Assembly (NCBI GenBank): GCA_023431245.1 | Contig: JAEYXO010000084.1 | Location: forward strand, 1 to 41,895 | DNA from: Pseudomonadota bacterium | Lineage (GTDB): Bacteria > Pseudomonadota > Gammaproteobacteria > Burkholderiales > SG8-41 | Direction: 5' to 3' | DNA length: 41,895 nt | Part shown: piece by piece, positions 1-8,160 of the stretch | Position numbering within the stretch: the stretch's first letter is position 1 | Layout of the letters: the number at the start of each line of letters is the position of its first letter | Notes under the pieces: generated by a model | What the model was told of the DNA's origin: nothing | The model's database searches: none | The model's input: the letters and a program-made list of their open reading frames with translations, nothing else | Translations under genes and position numbers: made by a program

Positions 1-21
1 CCTGACCTTGAGGTTTTCCAT
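1..21 (-). CDS. possible 5' end (7 codons, MENLKVR) of a further minus-strand gene truncated by the window edge
   Basis: ATG at 21..19. It is preceded by AGGAG, which overlaps the TAG stop of the upstream ThDP-enzyme gene. Too short to identify. Confidence 0.3.
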
Positions 22-31
22 GTGCGTGCTC

Positions 32-1684
32 CTAGTGGGCCGCCGCCGTGGCACCGGCGGTGACCGTCGGCGCCGCGAGGCGCTGGATCATCACGTTGAT
101 GCAGGCGGGCTTGCCGCTCGCCAGCGCGCGCTGCAGCGCGGGCTGCAGATCAGCGGCACGCGTCACCAGTTCGCCGTGCCCGCCCAGCGCAGCCACCGCA
201 AGGTCGTAACGCGTGCCTTCGCGCAGTTCGCAGCCGTGGGCGCGTTCCTTGCCGTAGCTGCGCAGCTGGATCTGGTGTTCGGCATTCCAGCAGGAATCAT
301 TGCCGACCACGACAATCATCGGCACGCCGTCGCGCACCGCGGTGTCGAACTCCATCAGGTGAAAGCCGAAGGCGCCGTCGCCCATCACCGCGATCACCGG
401 GGCCTGCGGCCGCGCCATGCGCGCGGCAAAAGCGAAGGGCACGCCGCTGCCGATCGAGCCGCCGGTGCCGTTGATGACGCGCGCCGGCGCGCTGATGCAG
501 GCCTGTGCCCACTGCCCGATTTCGCCGCCGTCGGCGACGAACACCGCCTCGGGCGAAGTATCGAGCACGGCCTGCACGGCGCGGCCCAGTTCGACCGGAT
601 GCACCGGGCCGTTGCCGCTGTTGATCGTGCGCCAGGCCTCAGGACGGAAGGCCACGGCATCGGCCACCTGTTTCGACCACGCCGCAGCGGGGTGGGGCTG
701 CGCTGCGCCCGTCAGCGCCTGCACCGTGGCCGCAATATCGGCCTGCGCAGAAAACGCGACGCGCGCATTGCCCAGGTTGTTCACCGACCGCTGCAGCACC
801 CCGGCTTCGGGATCGACCACCGCAAAGCGGCAATCCGCCGCCAGTGCCGGGGTCTTGCCGAAACGCAGCGTGAAGTCGGGCTGCTTGCCGAGCAGCACCA
901 CAAGATCGGCCTGCGCCAGCACGCCGGCAAATGCGCCCATTGAAGGATCGTTGACGCCGCGCGGGCTCTCCATGCACAGCACCGGCACGCCGGCTGCCCT
1001 GGCCAGCCCCGCGCCCAGCCCGGCAACCGGAACCTGCGACATCGACGGTCCGAGCAGGATCAGCGGACGGGCCGCACTCCGGACCAGAGCCAGCAGGGTC
1101 TGCACCGCGGCTTGCGGCAGCGGGTTTGCCGGCGCCGCGAAATCGGCGGCGGCAGCCAGGTATTTTTCGCCTTCGGAAACCTTCGCTTCCAGCACATCAA
1201 AGGGCAGGCTCAGGTGCACCGGACCCGGCCGCCCCGAGCGGGCGACGCGGCAGGCGCGCGCAATGTCGGCGCCCAGTGTCTCGGCGCTCTGTGCCGTCCA
1301 CGACGCCTTGACCACAGGCGCGGCCATGTCGGCCTGGCGCATTTCCTGGAAGGAACCGCGTCCGAGTTCGTTGAGCGGCGCATGCCCCGACAGCAGCACC
1401 AGCGGCGACTCGGAAGCAAGCGCGGTGTACAGCGCGCCGATGCCGTTGGCGTGGCCGGGACCGCCGGTCAGCATCGCAATCCCGGGCTCCCCGGTCAGCC
1501 GCGCCCAGGCATCGGCCATGTGCACGGCGGCGCCCTCGTAGCGCACGTGGGTGATCGCCAGCTTCGCTTCGATCGCTGCGTCATAGACCGGCATGATGTG
1601 GTTGCCGGACAGGGAAAAAATCCGTTTCAGGCCGGCCTGCGCCAGTGAGCGCGCAAGGATGTCGGCGCCGCGGAGGGTGGTCAT
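32..1684 (-). CDS. thiamine-diphosphate-dependent enzyme (acetolactate synthase / oxalyl-CoA decarboxylase superfamily), substrate unknown
   Basis: 550-aa ORF. N-terminal PYR-domain pattern (LSGNHIMPVYDA, YEGAAVHMADAWARLTG, GGPGHANG). C-terminal ThDP/Mg motif GDGAFGF...VVVGNDSCWN. AGGA lies 6 nt upstream of ATG 1684. Third-codon positions are GC-rich. Confidence 0.9.
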   Translation of the reverse strand: MTTLRGADILARSLAQAGLKRIFSLSGNHIMPVYDAAIEAKLAITHVRYEGAAVHMADAWARLTGEPGIAMLTGGPGHANGIGALYTALASESPLVLLSGHAPLNELGRGSFQEMRQADMAAPVVKASWTAQSAETLGADIARACRVARSGRPGPVHLSLPFDVLEAKVSEGEKYLAAAADFAAPANPLPQAAVQTLLALVRSAARPLILLGPSMSQVPVAGLGAGLARAAGVPVLCMESPRGVNDPSMGAFAGVLAQADLVVLLGKQPDFTLRFGKTPALAADCRFAVVDPEAGVLQRSVNNLGNARVAFSAQADIAATVQALTGAAQPHPAAAWSKQVADAVAFRPEAWRTINSGNGPVHPVELGRAVQAVLDTSPEAVFVADGGEIGQWAQACISAPARVINGTGGSIGSGVPFAFAARMARPQAPVIAVMGDGAFGFHLMEFDTAVRDGVPMIVVVGNDSCWNAEHQIQLRSYGKERAHGCELREGTRYDLAVAALGGHGELVTRAADLQPALQRALASGKPACINVMIQRLAAPTVTAGATAAAH

Positions 1685-1744
1685 CGGTATCCTGGTCTTT
1701 CCGTTTCAATCATCGGCGTCACCCCCGGACTTCCGGAGATGCCG

Positions 1745-1784
1745 CAAAACCCGCGGGGGCGGCAGTGATCCGGCCGCCCCCGCG
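1745..1784 (-). terminator. candidate intrinsic terminator/attenuator between the UxaA-like large subunit gene and the ThDP-enzyme gene
   Basis: Perfect 12-bp GC stem: CGCGGGGGCGGC (1752-1763) pairs with GCCGCCCCCGCG (1773-1784), with a 9-nt loop. On the minus strand the stem is followed by GG TTTT GCGG, so the U-tract is short. Confidence 0.45.
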
Positions 1785-1805
1785 TTCCGCTGCAGACAGA
1801 CCGTG

Positions 1806-2975
1806 TTACGCGCTTTCGTACAGCCGGGTCATCACGAATTCGCGATGGCCCAGCGCCTCGGCGGCAGTCAGGCGGCCGTTGCAGGTGCGCAGCATGACTT
1901 CGAGCAGCTCGTTGCCGGTCTGGTCGAGGTTCTTCTCCCGCTGCAGCAGGCCCGAGCAGTCGTAGTCGATGTGTTCGCTCATCGTGCGCACGGTGCGCGG
2001 GTTTGCGCACAGCTTGATCACCGGGATGATCGGGTTGCCGATGACGTTGCCCTGGCCGGTGGGGAAGAAGTGCACCACGTAGCCGGAAGCCGCGCACAGC
2101 GTGACCATCTCGGCGGCGGCCGAAGACGAATCCATGAACCACAGACCCGGCTTGGTCGGGGTCTCGGCCTTGTCCAGCACGCCGACCACCTTGCAGTTCT
2201 TGCCGATCTTCTGGATGTTGCCCAGCGCCTTTTCCTCGATCGTGGTCAGGCCGCCGGCGATGTTGCCCTTGGTCGGCTGCGATTCGGACAGGTCGCTGGT
2301 CTTGTGGCGCTCGACCACTTCCTGGTAGCGGTTGAACATCTTCATGAAGTCCTCGCGCACCTGCGGCGTCGCGCAGCGGTCGGCCACGATGTTCTCGCCG
2401 CCGGTCAACTCGGTGGTCTCGCCGAAGCACATCGTCACGCCCAGCGGATCGAGCTTGTCGAAGGCGCTGCCGACGGTCGGGTTGGCGCCGCAGCCGGAAG
2501 TCGTGTCGGACTCGCCGCACTTGGTCGACACCCAGAGGTCGCTGATCGGGCACTCGACACGCTGCAGTTCGGAGGCCCACTGCACGTATTCCTTGGCGAC
2601 CTTGGAGGCGCGCAGGATGGTGTCGTGGTCGCCGTGCAGCTCGATGCCGAAGCCGGTCACCGGCTTGCCGGTCTTGGCTATGCCGTCAACGACCTTCTTC
2701 GCCCAGCCCTCCTCGATGCAGATCACCACCACGGCGGCGACGTTCGGGTTGGAGCCCGCGCCGATCAGCGTGCGGAAGTGCAGGTCGAGGTCGGCACCGA
2801 ACTGGAGCCGCCCGTAGGGGTGCGGAATCGCCAGCGTGCCCTTGATGTTGTTGGCCACGGCCTCGGCGGCGGCGTTTGACAGGTCGTCCACCGGCAGGAT
2901 CAGGACGTGGTTGCGGACGCCGACGCGGCCGTTCTCGCGGCGGTAGCCCATGAAAGTGGTTTTGCTGTTGATCAT
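1806..2975 (-). CDS. UxaA-family dehydratase/lyase, large subunit (altronate/galactarate dehydratase family; SuyB-like architecture)
   Basis: 389-aa ORF beginning [28 protein letters not shown]. It carries [19 protein letters not shown] and GETTEL motifs typical of the UxaA/GarD C-terminal catalytic domain. GGAGA lies 8 nt upstream of ATG 2975. Confidence 0.88.
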   Translation of the reverse strand: MINSKTTFMGYRRENGRVGVRNHVLILPVDDLSNAAAEAVANNIKGTLAIPHPYGRLQFGADLDLHFRTLIGAGSNPNVAAVVVICIEEGWAKKVVDGIAKTGKPVTGFGIELHGDHDTILRASKVAKEYVQWASELQRVECPISDLWVSTKCGESDTTSGCGANPTVGSAFDKLDPLGVTMCFGETTELTGGENIVADRCATPQVREDFMKMFNRYQEVVERHKTSDLSESQPTKGNIAGGLTTIEEKALGNIQKIGKNCKVVGVLDKAETPTKPGLWFMDSSSAAAEMVTLCAASGYVVHFFPTGQGNVIGNPIIPVIKLCANPRTVRTMSEHIDYDCSGLLQREKNLDQTGNELLEVMLRTCNGRLTAAEALGHREFVMTRLYESA

Positions 2976-3009
2976 TTCAGTGTCTCCGTGTGGGGTCGGG
3001 CGCGGCGGC

Positions 3010-3291
3010 TTACCAGCGCTTGGTCTTGATGTTGTGGACGTGCGCGTGCTCGCCGACCTTGATGTCGGCCACGGCCTTGCCGATGTCGAAACCGTACTTG
3101 ATGATGGTGTCGCCCTTCTTGATTTCGCGGATCGCGGCCTTGTGCCCGATGGGAATGTCGTTGATCGCCTTCACCTTGATCGTGGAATCGTCTTCCATGA
3201 CCCAGCCGATCATTTCCTGACCGGCCTTGATGCCTTCGATGACGGCCACGCCGACCGTGTCCTTCTTGTCGTGTACCAGCAAGTGAATCAT
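3010..3291 (-). CDS. UxaA-family small subunit (SAF / beta-clip domain; SuyA-like)
   Basis: 93-aa ORF with DTVGVAV...[22 protein letters not shown], typical of the SAF N-terminal domain of UxaA/GarD. AGGAGG lies 5 nt upstream of the ATG. It sits 34 nt upstream of the large-subunit gene. Confidence 0.85.
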   Translation of the reverse strand: MIHLLVHDKKDTVGVAVIEGIKAGQEMIGWVMEDDSTIKVKAINDIPIGHKAAIREIKKGDTIIKYGFDIGKAVADIKVGEHAHVHNIKTKRW

Positions 3292-3317
3292 TGCGCCTCC
3301 TGAATGAACGCTGTGGT

Positions 3318-3353
3318 GATGTGCAACCGGATGTAAAAACGGATGTGCAGGGC
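3318..3353. repeat. three tandem 12-bp repeats (GATGTGCAACCG / GATGTAAAAACG / GATGTGCAGGGC)
   Basis: Read directly from the sequence. The shared core is GATGT(G/A)(C/A)A at exact 12-nt phasing. The repeats lie between the candidate -10 and the SD of the small-subunit gene. Confidence 0.6.
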
Positions 3354-3358
3354 CGCAA

Positions 3359-3388
3359 ATCCTAACCCCGGCCTTTCCGGCAGGTCAA
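3359..3388 (-). promoter_or_regulatory. candidate sigma70 promoter of the UxaA-like operon
   Basis: Minus strand reads TTGACC (3388-3383), an 18-nt spacer, then TAGGAT (3364-3359). The site is about 65 nt upstream of ATG 3291. Confidence 0.35.
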
Positions 3389-3405
3389 CTATATGACTTA
3401 TATGA
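3384..3405. promoter_or_regulatory. candidate GntR/HutC operator: palindrome GTCA-ACTATA-TGAC overlapping two direct TATATGA repeats
   Basis: GTCAACTATATGAC at 3384-3397. TATATGA at 3390-3396 and 3399-3405, 9-bp phasing. This is the only AT-rich patch in the divergent intergenic region, and it overlaps the candidate -35. Confidence 0.35.
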
Positions 3406-3437
3406 ATCGCCGGGCGGCGTGCTAGACTGCGCCGCCG

Positions 3438-4196
3438 ATGGCCGCTCCGACCCCCACCCCCGACACGCTGACGCCGAACCCGCTCTACCGCGAGGTGCAA
3501 TGGCGCATCACCCGCGCGCTTGCCGCGGGGGAATGGAAGCCGGGCGAGGCGATTCCCAGCGAAACCCGGCTGGCGCGGCAGTTCGGCGTGTCGATCGGCA
3601 CCATCCGCCGCGCCATCGACGAGCTGGTCGCCGGCCGCATCCTCGTGCGCCAGCAGGGCCGCGGCACCTTCGTCGCCACTCACACAGAAGACCGCACGCT
3701 GTTCTACTTCTTCCACGTCGTCGGCAAGGACGGCAGCCGCGAGTTTCCGGAATCCGAACTGCTCGGCTTCCGCAAGGAACGCGCGAACGAGGGCGACGAG
3801 CGCGACTTCGGCCTCGCCCGCGGCACCCGCGTCGCGCGGGTGCGCAACCTGCTGAAACTGGGCGGCCAGCCGGTGGTGCTCGACGACATCACGGTGCCGG
3901 TCGAGCGCTTCGCGAGGCTCGACGAATCGACTTTCCGCAACCGCGAAGGCACGATCTACGGCCTCTACCAGGCGCGCTACGGCGTCAACGTCGTGCGCAT
4001 CGGCGAGAGGCTGTCGGCGGCGCATCCTCCGGCGGACATCGCCGCCATCCTCGGCATGCGCTCCAGCCAGCCGGCGCTGCATATCCGCCGCGTCGCCTAC
4101 AGCTACAACGATTCCCCGGTCGAATACCGCCACAGCTGGATCAACACGGCGGACCACGAATACCTCAGCGACCTGTGGAAAACCGCAGCGCGCTGA
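3438..4196 (+). CDS. GntR-family transcriptional regulator, HutC subfamily (wHTH plus UTRA effector domain)
   Basis: 252 aa. The wHTH signature is PSETRLARQFGVSIGTIRRAIDELVAGRILVRQQGRGTFV. The C-terminal ~150 aa has UTRA-like length and pattern. The gene is divergent from the UxaA-like operon. Confidence 0.9.
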   Translation: MAAPTPTPDTLTPNPLYREVQWRITRALAAGEWKPGEAIPSETRLARQFGVSIGTIRRAIDELVAGRILVRQQGRGTFVATHTEDRTLFYFFHVVGKDGSREFPESELLGFRKERANEGDERDFGLARGTRVARVRNLLKLGGQPVVLDDITVPVERFARLDESTFRNREGTIYGLYQARYGVNVVRIGERLSAAHPPADIAAILGMRSSQPALHIRRVAYSYNDSPVEYRHSWINTADHEYLSDLWKTAAR

Positions 4197-4203
4197 CGGG
4201 CGC

Positions 4204-5889
4204 CTAGAAACCGAGCTCCCGCCGCGCGACGGCGATCTGCGCGGGATCGGCCGCATTCTTCAGCAGCCACTGGAACTGCGCCCGCGCATCCTCGTGCAGG
4301 CCGGCGCGCGCAAGGCTGAGTCCGGCCTGCAGGCGTGCCTCGGCCGCCGCGGCGCCGTCTGCCGGCGCCTGCAGGGCCGCGCGGAGGTAAAAATCGGCGG
4401 CGAGCTGCGGCTGGTTGCGCCCGGCATGGGCACGGGCGATGCCCGACAGCACGCTGTGCGATTGCGCGGGACCGGCATGCGGCAGCACGCGCCCGAACAA
4501 GGCCAGCGCGGCCTCGTGCATCCCGTGGTCCGCCAGCTGCTCCGCCAGCAGCAGCCACTCCGCGACCTGCGCCGCGGGAATGGCCGAGGATTCCGCCGCC
4601 AGCCGCCGCGCGATGTCCGCAGCCGCAGCCGCGTTGCCGGCGCGCAAGGACAGCGCGGACAGCCGCAGCTGCCAGACCGCCGCCGGCATCGCATCCGCGG
4701 CCTGGAGTCCCTGCAGGTAACGCAGGGCCCGCGGATGATCGCCGATGTCCCCGGCCATCCTGCCGAGGATCATGCGCGCCGGCGCCGGCAGCTGATCCGC
4801 CTGTCCGGGCCAGGCATCGAACAGGCCCAGGGCGGCGCGCGGCAGCTTTGCCGCAGCATAGTCCGCAGCCAGCCGGTCCTGCGCGCGCTGTCGCAAGACC
4901 GGATCGGCGGCATGCCTCGCAATATGGGCCAGATAGGCGCGCGCCTCCGGCGCGTTGCTTGCATGCCGGCCAGCCGCGAATTCGAGCCAGCCGGCATCGT
5001 CGCCCGCAAGGAGATGATGCGCATTGGCGGCCGCGCGGGCATGCCCGGTGTAGGCCGACCACAACTCCGCGGCAGCCTTGGGCCGCGCATTCTTCTCGAG
5101 CAGTTGCTCGAGCGCGGCAATGCGCAGCGCCCCGTCGCCGCCACGGGTGGCGGCCTCGAGCAGCAGTCTCCACCAGGCCTTGTCATCACTGCGGGCCAGT
5201 GCCGCGCGCACCTGCGCAAGCACCTCGCCGTTCGCGACCAGGCCGGCATGCATGTGCAGACGCAAGCGCGTCGGGCCGCGCTCGTCGAGCAGGGGCAGCC
5301 AGGTGACCGCCTCCTGCGCCATGCCGGCATCCAGCAAGGCATCGACGAATACGGCCGCCGTCGCGGCGTCCAGGGGACGGTAATCCTGCTCGAACCGCAG
5401 CATGCTGCGCCAGGCCTCGCCGGCACGCGACGCCATCACCAGGCTGCGGATCACCAGCAGCCGCAGGTCGCGCATCGCCGCAGGACTGATCCCGGGCGAC
5501 CACAGCGCACGGCCGGCATGCTCGCGTGCCAGTGCCGGCTGTCCCAGCGCGACGGCCGCGCGGGCGGCAACGGCATGGACGCCGGCGCGGGCGATGGCGG
5601 GCCCTGTTGCCTGAAGGGTGGCGGTCCGCCGCAGAATCTCTTCGTGGCGGTCCAGGCGGTCGAGCAGTTGCAGGCGCAGATCCTCCCATTCCGCCCAGCG
5701 CGGATCCGCAGGGTCGGCCGGCTGCAGCGCGTCGATGCGCTGCAGCGCGAGCTGCAAAGCCCCGGCCTGGGCCAGGTCGCGGACGCCTTGCGTCGCCGCG
5801 GGAGGGGCTGCGGCCTGCAGCAGGGGCATCCCATGCAGGCTCAGCAGCAGGACAACAATCGGGGCGGAAAGGCGGCGCGCGAAGTGCAT
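4204..5889 (-). CDS. secreted Ala/Leu/Arg-rich all-helical repeat protein (TPR-like), function unknown
   Basis: 561-aa ORF with an N-terminal signal peptide (MHFARRLSAPIVVLLLSLHGMPLLQAAAP). Third-position GC is strong. The 549-aa ORF on the opposite strand is Arg/Gly-rich shadow sequence. Confidence 0.75.
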   Translation of the reverse strand: MHFARRLSAPIVVLLLSLHGMPLLQAAAPPAATQGVRDLAQAGALQLALQRIDALQPADPADPRWAEWEDLRLQLLDRLDRHEEILRRTATLQATGPAIARAGVHAVAARAAVALGQPALAREHAGRALWSPGISPAAMRDLRLLVIRSLVMASRAGEAWRSMLRFEQDYRPLDAATAAVFVDALLDAGMAQEAVTWLPLLDERGPTRLRLHMHAGLVANGEVLAQVRAALARSDDKAWWRLLLEAATRGGDGALRIAALEQLLEKNARPKAAAELWSAYTGHARAAANAHHLLAGDDAGWLEFAAGRHASNAPEARAYLAHIARHAADPVLRQRAQDRLAADYAAAKLPRAALGLFDAWPGQADQLPAPARMILGRMAGDIGDHPRALRYLQGLQAADAMPAAVWQLRLSALSLRAGNAAAAADIARRLAAESSAIPAAQVAEWLLLAEQLADHGMHEAALALFGRVLPHAGPAQSHSVLSGIARAHAGRNQPQLAADFYLRAALQAPADGAAAAEARLQAGLSLARAGLHEDARAQFQWLLKNAADPAQIAVARRELGF

Positions 5890-5948
5890 CGCGCTATTTT
5901 AACGGCGGCCGCGCGGCGGAAAGCGGGTCTCCCTGTCCGCTAACAGGC

Positions 5949-5979
5949 AAAAACAAAAAAGGCGGCCGTAGCCGCCTTT
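5949..5979 (-). terminator. rho-independent terminator of the rpsP-rimM-trmD-rplS operon
   Basis: Stem GGCGGC (5961-5966), loop CGTA, stem GCCGCC (5971-5976), extended by A/T pairs. On the minus strand it is followed by TTTTTTGTTTTTG. It starts about 20 nt after the rplS stop. Confidence 0.85.
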
Positions 5980-5997
5980 CTGGGGAATTGCCGGAAA

Positions 5998-6417
5998 TTA
6001 CTTGTCGGCGGGTGCGGCTTCCGCCGCGGCGCCTGCTTCGGCTTCAACGGCAACGCTGCTTGCGACAGCCAGTTTTTCCTTGATGCGGGCCGCCTTGCCG
6101 GACAGGCCGCGCAGGTAATAGAGCTTGGCGCGGCTGACGTCACCGCGGCGCTTGACCTCGATGCCGGCAATCGCCGGAGAGTAGGTCTGGAAAGTCCGCT
6201 CGACGCCTTCGCCGGACGAGACCTTGCGCACGATGAACGAGGAATTGATGCCCCGGTTGCGCTTGGCAATGACCACGCCTTCGTAGGCCTGGACGCGCTT
6301 GCGCTCGCCCTCGACCACGTTGACGCTGACGATGACCGTGTCACCGGTGGTGAACTCCGGCACCTTGCGGCCCAGACGGTTGATCTCTTCCTGCTCCAGC
6401 TGCTGAATGACGTTCAT
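5998..6417 (-). CDS. rplS: 50S ribosomal protein L19
   Basis: [11 protein letters not shown]...GDTV...[16 protein letters not shown]...[13 protein letters not shown] matches L19. GAGGAG lies 7 nt upstream of ATG 6417. The ORF-track start at 6432 is a TTG too close to the SD. Confidence 0.95.
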   Translation of the reverse strand: MNVIQQLEQEEINRLGRKVPEFTTGDTVIVSVNVVEGERKRVQAYEGVVIAKRNRGINSSFIVRKVSSGEGVERTFQTYSPAIAGIEVKRRGDVSRAKLYYLRGLSGKAARIKEKLAVASSVAVEAEAGAAAEAAPADK

Positions 6418-6465
6418 GCGCATGCTCCTCAAAACTCATTGCGTCCGCCAACATGGCGTCCGCGG

Positions 6466-7233
6466 TTAATTCTTCATCCCGTCCTGCAATTCCTGCCGGT
6501 ATTCCTCCAGCAGCATCCGTTCCTGACTGCTCAGCGCGCGGCGCTCCAGCAGATCCGGCCGCCGCTGCCATGTCCTGCCCAGCGCCTGCTTCAGCCGCCA
6601 GCGCGCAATTGCCGCATGGTTGCCCGACATCAGCACCGCCGGCACCGCGCTGCCCTGATAAACCTCCGGGCGCGTGTAATGCGGGCAGTCCAGCAGGCCG
6701 TCAACAAACGAATCCTGCGCCGCCGACTCGGCATCACCCAGAACACCGGGCAATTGCCGCACCACGCTGTCCATCAACACCATCGCGGCCAGTTCCCCGC
6801 CGCTCAATACATAGTCACCGATCGAAATCTCTTCGATGCCCAACTGCCCGATCAGCCGCTCGTCCACACCCTCGTAGCGTCCCGCGAGCAGGACAATGCC
6901 GCTTTCCAGTGCCAGGCCGGCAACCAGCGAGTGATCCAGCAACCTGCCCTGCGGCGTCAGGTGCACCATCCGCGGGCGCTCGACTCCGGCACTCTGCTGG
7001 CGCTGGCGCGCCGCCTGCAGCGCCCTGCCCAGCGGCTCGGCCATCATCACCATCCCCGGGCCGCCGCCGTACGGCCGGTCATCCACCGTGCGATGCGCAT
7101 TGCCCGCAAAATCCCGGGGATTCCAGGCCACGAACTGGTACACGCCACGTTCCCGCGCCCGCCCGGTGACTCCGAGTTCGGTCACCGCATCGAACATCGC
7201 CGGAAACAGTGTGACTACGTCAAACTGCAGCAT
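6466..7233 (-). CDS. trmD: tRNA (guanine37-N1)-methyltransferase
   Basis: 255 aa with [11 protein letters not shown]...[14 protein letters not shown] and [11 protein letters not shown] motifs. It occupies the canonical position between rimM and rplS. Confidence 0.96.
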   Translation of the reverse strand: MLQFDVVTLFPAMFDAVTELGVTGRARERGVYQFVAWNPRDFAGNAHRTVDDRPYGGGPGMVMMAEPLGRALQAARQRQQSAGVERPRMVHLTPQGRLLDHSLVAGLALESGIVLLAGRYEGVDERLIGQLGIEEISIGDYVLSGGELAAMVLMDSVVRQLPGVLGDAESAAQDSFVDGLLDCPHYTRPEVYQGSAVPAVLMSGNHAAIARWRLKQALGRTWQRRPDLLERRALSSQERMLLEEYRQELQDGMKN

Positions 7234-7748
7234 CAGTAGTCAGCATCCCAGTCCACGACAATCCTGCCGCCGGCCACATCCACCTGCCGGATCACCGGTC
7301 CGATGAAAGGCAGGAGCCGTTCCCGTTCGCCTGCGACCACCAGCACGTCATTGGCGCCGGTTTCGAACACTTCGGTCACCTGACCCAGTGCAGCACCGGC
7401 CTCATTCACCACTTCCAGTCCGACCAGGTCGGCCCAGTAATACTCGCCTGCCCCCGGCTCTGGAAAATCATCCCGCGATACCGCAATCTGCATTCCCCGC
7501 AACACTGCGGCCTGATCGCGGTCATCAATGCCCCGCAGCTTCGCCGTCACCGTGTTGCCGTGCGGCTTTGCGGTTTCCACAATCCGGGTCTGCCACTGTC
7601 CCTCACGCCCGACCTGCCACTCCGGGTAATCCAGCAGGCCCTGGGGCTGCTGCGTGAAGGGCTGAATCTTGACCCAACCCCTGATTCCGTAGGGCGCGAC
7701 GATGCGCCCCATCACCACCCGCCGTTCAGGCAGCGGCTTTTTGTTCAC
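7233..7748 (-). CDS. rimM: ribosome maturation factor RimM
   Basis: 171 aa with [18 protein letters not shown] (the RimM N-terminal motif) and a PRC-barrel C-terminus. The stop overlaps the trmD ATG (TGATG). The start may instead be the internal ATG at 7712. Confidence 0.9.
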   Translation of the reverse strand: MNKKPLPERRVVMGRIVAPYGIRGWVKIQPFTQQPQGLLDYPEWQVGREGQWQTRIVETAKPHGNTVTAKLRGIDDRDQAAVLRGMQIAVSRDDFPEPGAGEYYWADLVGLEVVNEAGAALGQVTEVFETGANDVLVVAGERERLLPFIGPVIRQVDVAGGRIVVDWDADY

Positions 7749-7983
7749 CAGCCTGCTTGACGAGCCGGGTCACGGTATCGGACAGTTGTGCACCCTGCCC
7801 CTGCCAGAATGCGAGGCGTTCACGATTGATGCGCAGGCGTTCACGCCCCTCCGGCGCCTTCGGATCGTAAAACCCCAGGCGCTCGATGAAGCGGCCGTCA
7901 CGCGCAAAGCGCGAATCAGCAACGACAAAATTGAAAAACGGGCGTTTTTTGGCGCCCCCGCGAGCCAATCGAATCACTACCAT
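7726..7983 (-). CDS. rpsP: 30S ribosomal protein S16
   Basis: [41 protein letters not shown] is a canonical S16 N-terminus. Confidence 0.96.
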   Translation of the reverse strand: MVVIRLARGGAKKRPFFNFVVADSRFARDGRFIERLGFYDPKAPEGRERLRINRERLAFWQGQGAQLSDTVTRLVKQAGEQKAAA

Positions 7984-8022
7984 GTCGGTATTCCCGGCGA
8001 CTGAAAAAGTCGAAAGGGGCGG

Positions 8023-8052
8023 ATTCTACGGTACTTTCACCCCCGGAAGCAA
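8023..8052 (-). promoter_or_regulatory. candidate sigma70 promoter of the rpsP operon
   Basis: Minus strand reads TTGCTT (8052-8047), an 18-nt spacer, then TAGAAT (8028-8023). The site is about 40 nt upstream of ATG 7983. Confidence 0.4.
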
Positions 8053-8160
8053 CGTACGGCTGCCGGCGCCTGGATTTCCGGGTGATCCGGCGCAGCCGCT
8101 TAAATGCATTTACAATACATTGTTTTTAAACGATTTTTACAGAAAGCCGCGGTATAAACC

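Noticed and set aside
8100-8160. AT-rich region upstream of the nitroreductase gene as a defined plus-strand promoter (TTTACA / TATAAA)
   Set aside because: TATAAA lies only 4 nt (8157-8160) before the ATG, and the spacing to either TTTACA is wrong (11 or more than 20 nt). I could not assemble a credible -35/-10 pair, so no promoter is called.
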